Assembly (NCBI GenBank): GCA_002269645.1
Contig: NIVC01002252.1
Span: forward strand, 1-64,000
Length of the DNA: 64,000 bases
Source of the DNA: Macrostomum lignano
Lineage: Eukaryota
Direction of reading: 5' to 3'
The notes below the pieces were generated by a model, which saw only the letters and a program-made list of their open reading frames with translations, did no database searches and was not told the DNA's origin. Below are positions 12,254 to 23,200 of this stretch, in pieces. The position numbers and the translations under genes are program-made. Each line of letters begins with the position of its first letter. Within the stretch, counting starts at the first letter, position 1.

Positions 12254-15200
12254 ATGAAAATTTCGCTTTGGCAGTTGCTGCCTCTGCTGCTGAGCATGCG
12301 AGTTGCTGCATCTTTGGACTGCTCCGCTGCGAATCGCACGGGTGAGTCAGCTGCTTTTAGGGGCAACTCAAAGTCTGGCAAGGCAAAGCTGCAAATCCTT
12401 TGCGCTAAATGTTCCAGTGACAGTGCAGCTGAGCAGGGCTGACGTTCTGCGCACCTGGCAACCCAGCGGTGCGCACTGCCGTTGGTGGGAGAGTCGTCAG
12501 TCAGAGACAAACCGTTTCCCTGCTGCTGTGCGGTCCGGGCCTCGGTGGCTTGTGATGCAGCTGAGGCAGCCGATGATGCTGGAGGCGGTGAGCGTGCGAG
12601 ACTGGGGTGAGTGACGCTGACTGACTCATTCTGATGGTTCTCATTCTCATGATGCATGATGAGGCAGAGGGAGTCTGGGACACAGTGTGAGACAGTGTGA
12701 GACCAGCTCGCATCTAATTAGCACTCTGAGACAGTGTGAGACCAGCTAGCATCTAATTAGCATCTAATTAGCACTCTGAGACAGTGTGAGACCAGCTAGC
12801 ATCTAATTAGCATCTAATTAGCACTCTGAGACAGTGTGAGACCAGCTAGCATCTAATTAGCATCTAATTAGCACTCTGAGACAGTGTGAGACCAGCTAGC
12901 ATCTAATTAGCATCTAATTAGCACTCTGAGACAGTGTGAGACCAGCTAGCATCTAATTAGCACTCTGAGACAGTGTGAGACCAGCTAGCATCTAATTAGC
13001 ACTCTGAGACAGTGTGAGACCAGCTAGCAGCCAAGCACTCGTGTTGCAGATGGCCAGTGGCACGCAGCAGCTCCGGTCGACTCGCCCGTGTCAGCGGTCG
13101 GAGTCACGAGCCTCCCGCTGGAGCTGCAGCTGGAGGATCCGTGCCGCGCCAGCTGGGAGGCCTTCGGCAGCAGCGACCGCTGGAGGCCGATCGGGCGTGG
13201 CGAAGCGGTGAGGCAGATGCAGCAAATGTTTGATTTTCTTTCCACCTCAAGCCAATCACGTTTCACTCCAGGCTTTGACAACGTTTATCCGGCTACTCAG
13301 CGAGAGTTCGCTTGCTTGGCAGGCCATAAGTATCTCAGGAAGGTTGCTCATTTCTCTTTACTAATTTCATTCAGTCTTTTATGTATCGGTGATAAATATT
13401 TCCAGGCCGCTATGCCGTAATGCGCATCAACATGAGCCTGTCCAGTCACCTGCTTTTCCATCGGCTCGGCCTCTTCGTCAGCGAAGACGCTCAACGTTCG
13501 ACTTCCTTGTTCTTCCTAGACAGCTGCAGCTTCGACAAGGCCGCCTGCTGGCTTTCCGATTCTTCTGGAAGAATTGTCAGCGCCCCGCTGGTGAGCTTCC
13601 ATGCTTTCAAGCATGCATTTGATTGTGCATTCAGTAGGCTAAGAAATTTCTCAACTGTCTTCAGGTTGGCTCATCTCCAGCTGATGCCAATGGGATTCGG
13701 ACTCACAAGTTCGTGTTTAGAACTCCCCCTAATTACCACGGCAAGCTTCTGCAGTGCGGCTTGAGCACTTCTCATGGCGCTATTCTGCTTGAGAAGCTGC
13801 TGTTGTGGGAAGGTGCTCTTCTTTTGCTTTTCTAAACTTACCGGCAGTTAGAATTGCGGATCGTAGCTCGCATTGCTACTGAAGTTTAGGGACAGACTCA
13901 GATGTACCCTTGACAGCCTAGTTATCTTAACGCCATGGTAAATATAATTATTTTTAGTTCCAGTCAAAGTTCTGCACGTCTCACCAGTCCTGGTTGCTGG
14001 GCAGCTGGCAAAGCTCAGCGTGTTCTCAGACTCCCTGCCTGAGGCTCAGCACCGCTGCTCCATCGAGAGGCCGGGGTCGCAGCGAAGAAGACACCTCACT
14101 GTTCTCAGCACTGTAACGTCCTGTCGAATTCAAATGCATTGCGTACGCATTTCCAGGAAATGAACTTTGATTATTGATTTTCAATTTCAGAGCCAGTCAA
14201 AAACAATCGACAGCACGAACAGAATACTCGTCAGAGTGCGCTCAGGGTTCAGTTTTAATGTATCGATGGCTGATAGAAATGCCGACATCGTGTGCAAAGG
14301 AACTGCTGGATCAGAAAGGAAGGACATTGTTGGGTCTCGAAGTATTTCAGAAATCAGTGGTATGCACATCCGAACTCTTTGGGGAAAACATGATAATAAA
14401 TCAAAAAATAAAAATAACTTTTTCAGTCTATGCTTCTATGCTAAATCAGTCTATGCTTCATCTTTCAGAGCCCTGCGAGACAGCCGTGGACTTGGGACCG
14501 GAGAAATTCTGGCTGGCGGGGCAGACCAAGCTGGTTCAGGTGATCTCTAAGCGCTGCAGCATCTGGAATGTGATCCACAGCTGCTGGCTGAAACTGAATG
14601 GTGACGCTGCAGTCAACACGCCGCTTCAGAAAGTGCAAGTGAGTGAAAATCACCTTGGGAAAATTCTCAATCAACAAACTTCATTCAAGTCTAGAATATT
14701 TCAGCTGTCTTCACCTCTGCACCAATTGTGATTACAGCAGGGTGAGTTCAACAGTACTCACGAGCTTCGGGTAGTCGAGGCGATGACCCGTCAGAATTGG
14801 CAGGTTTTGTGCAGCGTCAGTCAGTCTGGAGTTGAGCACACTGACTCAGAGAGCAGTCTGAGCAGTGCACCAGCTGTTTTTAGTGAGTCCTTTTAGCCGA
14901 TTCGAGTCTGATTATAAAATTTGATGTTGCGACTCAATTGAATTGAAAGAAAATCAAAAGTCGAATCTTTCTTGCCATTGAAAAAACCTCAAGGCGAAGC
15001 CAGCAAGTCAACGCTTGAACTCGCGTTAGCCTACGTCGGTAACAGTCAGTCTGAAGTGAGCGTGCATGCAGTTGATCAAAATGAAAACCAAAACGCACTA
15101 CTTCCGGTCTACAGCATCAACTGCTCAGTTGCGGGGGATGAGGCGTCGACAGAGCTGAGCAGCAGCAATAGCAGTAGCACTGAGTGGCGTGCCTTACTGA

Positions 15201-16212
15201 AACTGAGATGGAACCGCTCATCTGTGAACGTCTGCTGCTCCAGTTACCAAACTTATGCCGGATTGACTGTCTTTCGGTCTCTGCAGTGCAAATCTTTAAC
15301 CCAACAGCCCATTGGTAAAGACGGTGAGCAGATGTTTGTGGTTAGTGATTCACAGTCATCGTCATTAACCGATGAGCAGCATTTGATCGGCTTCTATTAA
15401 GAGAATGCCCTAGCTCTGTTGGTAGTCAGCCTTTGGTGATTTTCTAAGAAACGGAGTGTCCTGTCCCTCTGCCATAGTCGTCTTTGACAGAAGCAGGAAG
15501 TTCTCAACTGGAAATACGAGCGTAATTGAAATATGGGTAGCTAAGATATGTTCTTAACATGACCTAATAGTAGCGCATAATGCTTCCCTGAAAATTGCAG
15601 CTCAGTGGGACGATCGCTCGGCAAGGTTTTTCTCGCTTCTATTGGCTTCTATACTGGCTTCACTAGTTGTGGGCTTCCTTCTGTCTGCAATATACCACAA
15701 ATCTGGTATGCTTTTTACCTGCGAAAGAAATCCTGTGAGTCATATTTAAGTCATTTCAAAATTCAATTTAAAATCTGCCAGAAAGTGTTTCACGTCATTA
15801 TTTCGTACCATTTATGGTGCTGTGTTCATGCATACTCCATAGATCAAAGTTCATCATGCATATTTTCTTAATGCTTCGACTATGAAATTGCGATTTTTAA
15901 TTCATCCTTGATACATGGAATGAATCCTGTAAGCTTGCAAAATTTCAGCCACAGAGAGGTCACACTGGACTTCGAAGTCAGCACAATGCAGGTCAGGCCG
16001 TCCCAATGCGAATGCGGAACAACTTCGCAGTGCAAAGTGACTCACACGGCAGTAGTGAATACGACTACCCAACCACTGAGCAGCCAGGAAGCTGCAAAAA
16101 TGAACAGTTGGGTAAAGAAGGTGCCTACACACAGGTGCTGCTGGTTCCTTTACAACAGGGACCACTGAATGAAGGTCGGGTTTACGTCAACCAGACTGAA
16201 AATGCTACTTGA
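12254..16212 (+). CDS. Family A receptor A3: signal peptide, discoidin-like domain, 4 Ig-like domains, TM, Tyr-motif tail (about 733 aa)
   Basis: Phase-consistent exons 12254-12341, 12418-12606, 13050-13207, 13272-13338, 13406-13590, 13665-13812, 13958-14112, 14191-14359, 14469-14638, 14738-14882, 14994-15323, 15601-15734, 15949-16212. TM FFSLLLASILASLVVGFLLSAIY; tail EYDYP, AYTQV, VYVNQ. The intron-4 donor at the homologous position is GA. Confidence 0.75.
12680..13030. repeat. 39/50-bp minisatellite, about 8 units, A3 intron 2
   Basis: Four consecutive units carry an 11-bp internal duplication (GCATCTAATTA). Confidence 0.95.
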
Positions 16213-17775
16213 GTCAGTTGAGCATTAAAGTAAAGAACTTGGGAGGCTGTGAGATCTATTTTGACATTGTTGCTTGCCGAGTGCACCAGTGTCCAATATT
16301 CAGTTATGCGAGCCATAATTAAACGCTTCAAACCGAGTCTGACTTGGCAACAAGTCGGTACTGCTATGCTTAATGATGACCAATACTGATTTATCACTGT
16401 GTGCACTATTAGCTCTGATTTGTAGATCTTTTTTGGAAAAAAATTATGTAAACTGAAGCCTCAGGATTCGGAATTGAGAGACAAGGAATCGATATATAAT
16501 CTAACTGTGGTAAAACGAGTGTTAATTTCACTATTGCTGTTATGCGTCTTATCATGCATGGCTGCTGGCTGCTTATCATACTCTTCGAAGTTATGCATAT
16601 AAGCGGCTTGACCAACCTCTCTGCTGCTTTGTCTGCAGTGGTCAGTTTGGTTTCCGTTCTTGCTTGCAGGAAAACAGAAAAACAGTAGTACAACTTTTTG
16701 TGTCTATTAGGAAGTAACTTTTTCAAACGGCCCTTTATCTGATGTTATTCGAGTGCTCCCATAACAATAATTAAACTCGATTTTCTTGGTCAAGAACCCA
16801 AATATTTCTTTGTTTCGAGTTCAAAACTCATTTAACAGGTTTATTTTTTGATTCTTGCAAACACTTTGAAAAAGTGCCGAAGCGTTTAGAAGTGAAATCT
16901 TTAAAGGCCACTCGACCCACTGCATTACAGCGCTGCACATCTCGCGCGTGCTTTTACTTGAACGATTGCTCTAACTGTTCTCAATAAATTTGTAGCCAAC
17001 TGTCTTGAGCCTTTGAGACGCTGAACTGATAGCTGTAGTTTTTCGTTGCGGTCGGATTCTTCATTGGCAGACTGTAGATCCGGTTTATAGTACTTGTACT
17101 GTCAGTAGCAGTGGACCGGTCACTTTCTGGGAAATGCGCTCGTAGCTATGTGCTCGGGTTATTATTATTATAAACGGACTTTTTTTCGACACAGGAGGGT
17201 TGGACAAATCAAGTCCTAATCGAAGGACTTACGACAGCCTTAAACATCCTTGGAAGCACTGAGCACGTGATTGCGTAAGGTTTTGTTACTCGTTAAGATT
17301 GCTCATTTACAGGTGTGAAACGCTAAGGGCTTTCGGCAACCTAGTCTACTGTAAGCGTGCGTGATTGATACCATTTTAGGGGATCGATGGGTGCGCACAG
17401 TATGATGGATTAAAATTTATGCAACGATTATGTCGGTCTCTAGAGGTCAACTGAATTTTTGATTGCTTATGTGGAGCTAATATTAGTCATATTATATTTT
17501 CAGCAGATTTACAAACGCATTTTCTTACCTTTCTGTTGTCACTGCACTCTACATGGGTTTTTCTTGTGCTTTGGATCGACTCTTATCTCTTTTGCTTAAA
17601 AATGTGCAGTATATGCTGAAGCAAAGATTGCAAGGTAGAATTTTTGTATAAAATACAGAAAAGCCAGACAATGATACTTGATTTAGACAAAAGTAAATTG
17701 GTAAAAGCTAACACTAACTAAAATAAAGTGCGGCTTTTGGATTCAAGTACGTCTACGGACTCGAATCGTTTTGCA

Positions 17776-18808
17776 ATGTCTGATAAGTTAAACAGCGGAA
17801 ATTTCAAACTGACATTTGCACTTTTGAATCTGCAAGTCTTCATCTTGTTGTCATTGGTTTCAGAGTATGTAGCAAATAAAACACTTTTTCCAATGTTTCA
17901 TCCAATTGTACTTAAGAGTTTCTTGTTCCACATTTCAGACACCATGCCGCAAATCACTATTGTGTGAGCGGACTGACGCTGAGTCTGCGACTCGACGATT
18001 TCTACCACAGAGACGAGCTCATCATTCCGCAGCTGTCAGATGAGTCCGAGCAGAGTTTGATGAAGCGCAGGATCTGTAAGTGGGCCGTCAGAGCGGACTC
18101 CAGAAGGAGGGATCTTCAGCTCGTGCTGGAAGGGCGAACAGCGGGTTTTGGGAAAAACCCTGTCAGTTTAAACATTCGCTACTCACCGGGCTCAAAAGGA
18201 TGGGCGGCTGTGTCGCCTGGAATGTTTCGAGTATTTCCGTTGGCAAAAGGGCAAGTCTAATTTTGCTCATGTCATCATTACACTGTTTGCGCAACCTACA
18301 CAGCTGCATGTAGCAGGCCGTATCATACATATAAACGGCATGGCATGCTAAATATAGAGATTTGCTTAAATTTTGTATTGCTTTAATAAATAGACTCGCA
18401 AAACGCGTCATACATGCTATTGCTTGCTTCCATAGCATGATTTCGATTCCATGCAAATTTTTCTTTCCAGAAATCAGTTCAATGTGGAGACAAACTGGGA
18501 TACGAGATATCAGAATAGAAGCATGTCAAACCTGAGGATTGTCCTGCCACTTCCCGGGTTCTGCAGCCGGGAAATGCTCAGCTTCAATAGAAAATGCTAC
18601 GCCGTGAGCTCAGCAAAGCAGAATGCTTCAGCCGCAATGTCCAGCATTGAAGGCGATGCTCAGCTGGCCAGCTTCTCCAGCATGGCTGAGATCAGCGAGC
18701 TCATCGCTGCCAGTGAGTGAGCATCGTCTTAGATTGCAATGTAGGTTATGATTTCGAAATTCAATGATACTTTTCTCATCATATCAGACACCAAAAAGCT
18801 GCAGGAAG
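17776..18808 (+). pseudogene. Family B copy B1 (signal, CUB-like, N-half of CTLD), 3'-truncated and fused to a mariner remnant
   Basis: Exons 17776-17864, 17939-18250 (GC donor), 18471-18712 and 18788 onward match B3; similarity to B3 stops at AAGCTGCAGGA (about 18808). Confidence 0.8.
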
Positions 18809-19673
18809 ACCCACAGCAGTCTGTCAGTGAGCTAGCGGACTGCTTGGAGATTGATTTCGAGACAGTCCATCGCATCCTGACAGAGGATCTCCATCACCGC
18901 AATGTCTGCTCAGTCTGGGTGCCCCGCGACCTCACTGCGGAACAGCGGCAGCTTCTTGTGAACTGCCTCAAGCAGATGCGCAAGGTGCTCAGCAGCCGGT
19001 GCTTGAATGACATCCTAAATTGCCTGGTTGTTGAGGATGAAACCTGGCTCCACCTGGATGGCAAGGGCAGCAAGGCAGGCAATCGCTGCTGGCTGGGCGC
19101 TGGGGACTCCAGGAGGTCCATCTCAGACAAGAAGACCATGCTGCTGGTGGCCTTCAAACAAACGAGTCTCCATCCGCACAACTTCACCAAACACCAACCT
19201 CGATGGCCAGTATTTATCGATTTTGTCCTGCACACTGCGGACCTCTGGCGCACTCTCCAGTCAAATCAAATTCACCTGGAGTAGGTACTGTGGCAGATGG
19301 ACAACGCACAGCCGCACACCTGTAAGGCTGCTTCGGATTTTCTGCCTGGACGGCAAGTGAATCTGCTCTGGCAGTGTCCCTACAGCCTGGACTTCAACTT
19401 ATGCGACAGATTTCTGTTTAAATTGCTGACGGCTGACTTTTCTAAGAGGATTTTTGCAAACCATGAGAGTTCAAACACGTGGCGTTGCACTGGTTCCGGC
19501 AGCTGAAGGAAAAACACTGCAGGCTGAGGTGGAGAAGCTGTATGAGCACTACTGCCAGAGGGCGATTGAGAATGGGGGACTCTGTGTTGCTGAGTGATAC
19601 AGTTTTGTTTATCTGTGATTGCAAGTTCGTCTGTTTTCACATCAGTGGCATTACTTATGACACACCCGAAGTA
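18809..19673 (+). mobile_element. Mariner (DD34D) transposon remnant, 5'-truncated
   Basis: WVPRDL, EDETW, MDNAQPH and YSLDFNLCD motifs, with 34 residues between the 2nd and 3rd Asp; in-frame TAG at 19282; probable right TIR (CATTACTTATGACACACCCGAAG) followed by TA. Confidence 0.88.
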
Positions 19674-20295
19674 CATTACATGTGAATTGCTAAACTCTCG
19701 TATGTAGCTAGATGAAAACGAATTCAAAACCGTACCTACAGCAACTGAAATCAACTATAAGTTTATATTTAGCTTTCACTTGACTATTTTAATTTGAATT
19801 ACTTTTATTTGTGTTTCAAAGTTAATACCTACATGTTTGATACCACAATGCACAATATACCGCAACATGCCTTCACAGGACACTCTAAATTATATACATT
19901 TTTTAATTTGTTAAAATCTGTCCTTTCTAACTGGAAGCAGCTTCTTATTGTAAATAATATCTGGGCAAACGCAGGCTCTTCTGTGTTGTTTATCGGGTCA
20001 CATGACAGCCACCATCCAAGAGTAGAGTTCCTATAGTTTAGTGGTAAAAAACCATAAGCATGCCAAAACTTGCATGGAAACCACACAGACATAAGGAATA
20101 GATTGACTGCTACTGCAGTTCTGGATGCGATCTGATATGATGGGGCTGAAGTTCTGCAGCTGCCGAACTTCTACAAGCTATATTTAAGACAGTTAATATA
20201 AAATTAAATACCAAAGACATCCAGTTTTAAATTTTCAAATACAAGCTAACAAGCAAGAAGCAAAAAGGTAATCATACTAGCGTATTTAAAAAACT

Positions 20296-23200
20296 ATGAA
20301 AAGTACGCTTTGGCAGTTGCTGCCTATGCTGCTGAGCATGCGAGTTGCTGCATCACTGGACTGCTCCGCTGTAAATCGCACGGGTGAGTCAGCTGCTGTT
20401 AGGGGCAGCTCAAAGACCAGCAATGCAAGGCTGCAAATACTTTGCGATAAATTTTTCAGTCACAGTGCAGCTGAGCAGGGCTGACGTTCTGCGCACCTGG
20501 CAACCCAGCGGTGCGCACTGCCGTTGGTGGGAGAGTCTGCAGTCAGAGACAAACCGTTTCCCTGCTGCTGTGCGGTCCGGGCCTCGGTGGCTTGTGATGC
20601 AGCTGAGGCAGCCGATGATGCTGGAGGTGGTGAGCGTTCGAGACTGGGGTGAGTGACGCTGACCGACTCATTCTCATGATGCATGATGAGGCAGAGGTAG
20701 TCTGGGACTCAAAGTGTGAGACAGTGTGAGACCAGCCAATAACTAGCACTCTGAGACAGTGTGAGGACCAGATACTGTAGCATTCAAGCACTCTGAGACA
20801 GTATGAGGACCAGCTACTGTAGCATTCAAGCACTCTGAGACAGTATGAGGACCAGATACTGTAGCATTCAAGCACTCTGAGACAGTATGAGGACCAGCTA
20901 CTGTAGCATTCAAGCACTCTGAGACAGTATGAGGACCAGCTACTGTAGCATTCAAGCACTCTGAGACAGTGTGAGAGCAGCTACTGTAGTCTTCAAGCAC
21001 TCTGAGACAGTGTGAGACCAGCTACTGTAGCCTTAAAGCACTCTGAGACAGTGTGAGACCAGCTACTGTAGCCTTAAAGCACTCTGAGACAGTGTGAGAC
21101 CAGCTACTGTAGCATTCAAGCACTCTGAGACAGTGTGAGACCAGCTACTGTAGCATTCAAGCACTCTGAGACAGTGTGAGACCAGCTACTGTAGCATTCA
21201 AGCACTCTGAGACAGTGTGAGACCAGCTACTGTAGCATTCAAGCACTCTGAGACAGTGTGAGACCAGCTACTGTAGCATTCAAGCACTCTGAGACAGTGT
21301 GAGACCAGCTACTGTAGCATTCAAGCACTCTGAGACAGTGTGAGACCAGCTACTGTAGCATTCAAGCACTCGTATTGCAGGTTTCTTGTGGCACCCAGCA
21401 CCTCCAGGGGTCGGAGTCGGAGTCTCGAGCCTCCCGCTGGAGCTGCAGCTCGAGGATCCGTGCAGCGCCAGCGGGGATGCCTTCTGCATCGATCGCTTGC
21501 GGAGTCATGATGGCTCCAGTGGCACCGCCGTGGTGAGTGAAAGAGAAAATTTGCTGTTTGTACGAGCGCATGCTGCACACTGTCTTCCACATTGTGAAGA
21601 ACTCTGACATTCTGAGCACCCCTCTCACTAGCAGCCAGCGGCCTTCTTTCTGTTTAGCGGCTACATGTGCCGGCAGCCTCTCCAATGGAACGGTCTCCTT
21701 CTGCATGGTGAGGTCTTTCAATTTAGTGCTTTGATTCGCGGGTTATTGAGTTCGTTTTGCAGCGCCGCGAAACCGCTGTTCGCTGCTCAGTGCAGTGAAA
21801 CGGCTGATGGCGCTTCATTCGCAGTAAAAAATATTCGTCCCACCGCACCCTCAGGCCGCACGGCCCCAATGCAGCTGAAGGAGACCAGAAACTCATTTTG
21901 CCTGAACTGCGAGCCCCTCACATGGAGACCCGGAGATCGCATTGGCTTCTCAGTGAGCAGCTGCGGCTCCCAGACTCCAGGCTGCTCAGTTCGACTCGCG
22001 GATGGCAGCAGGCGGGAGGCTCAGTTGGTGAGCGACTGGCCGGTCTTGCCTGACAGATTTTCCACTTTGAGTCTGAGATCTCAGGGCATTCTGTGAATTT
22101 TAGCTGATCTCAAGACCGGGCGCTGGTCGGATTCGAGTCACCCATTTTGAGTACTTTGTGGAGGAGAGCGACATTCCGCGGACTCTGACCTGCTGGCAGG
22201 GGGACCCAGCGGCTCTGCAGATTGAGAGGAAAATCGCTGTAGCATGCAAGTCTTGGGCAGCCAATTCTGGTATCCAAGGCTTCGTATAGTTTTGCACCTG
22301 CTTAAACCTCTTGATTTTACTTTTATTTCAGCTTCGATGGAAGCTGTACTCTATCGGTCTCTCCGGTGTGGGTCTCAGGCAGGAAGATTTTCTTAGAAGC
22401 CGAAGCGCAGCGATTCTTTCCGGAGCCCAGGATTCAGTGTTCGATCAGGGCGGTGACGGAGCAGCCTTTGAAAGTTGAGAGTCAGGTGAGGACAGGTGCA
22501 CTGTCTTTGAGTGGGCAAATTTGGGTGAGCAGGACCGCTAACAGATCACAAATTGGGGTTGAAAATCTGACCTCCACGTGATCCACCCAATTTTCCAGTC
22601 ACTTGCCAACCCAAACACTTTGCGCGCGACCTACATGTATCCTCACACAGACACTTAAACTTTGGGTGCCACTTAGTTTACATGTATATCTTGTATATTC
22701 TTCAACTTTCAGAGCCGGTCTGTAGTGAAGGACAATGAAAACAGGGTTCTGCTGTCAGTTCGCTCAAGGTTCAGCTTTCACGCCTCGCTCTCGATGGTTG
22801 GAGGCCGAATTCTGTGCTGGGTGAATCTGACTGGAGGCGAAAATCGTGTTAGAAGTACTGTGAAGATAAAATTAAATCACAATATAACGTTGATAAGCGG
22901 TGAGAAATTCTAAAAATAATTAGATTTACATATTTTATAGATATGAGCCACCCAGCCACCCCTCACCTAGCCACCCCTCACCCAGCCACCCCTCACCCAG
23001 CCGCCCCTCACCCAGCCACCCCTCACCCAGCCACCCCTCACCCAGCAACCCCTCACTCAGCCACCCCTCACCCAGCCACCCCTCACCCAGCCACCCCTCA
23101 CCCAGCCACCCCTCACCCAGCCACCCCTCACCCAGCCACTCACTCGCACTGCAGAGCCGTGCCAGACGGCTGTTGATCTGGGCTCGAGTCCGCACTGGGA

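Noticed and set aside
13050-13764. Reading A3/A7 exons 3-6 as long unspliced ORFs, as the ORF track suggests
   Set aside because: Homology with other paralogues switches frame exactly at predicted splice sites, so the track ORFs include intron read-through.
20543-21590. Minus-strand repeat ORFs, and the (GEGWL)n, (QTDR)n, (SQSV)n and (FEQG)n ORFs elsewhere in the window
   Set aside because: These are by-products of stop-free tandem repeats, mostly within introns of plus-strand genes, with no splice or start context.
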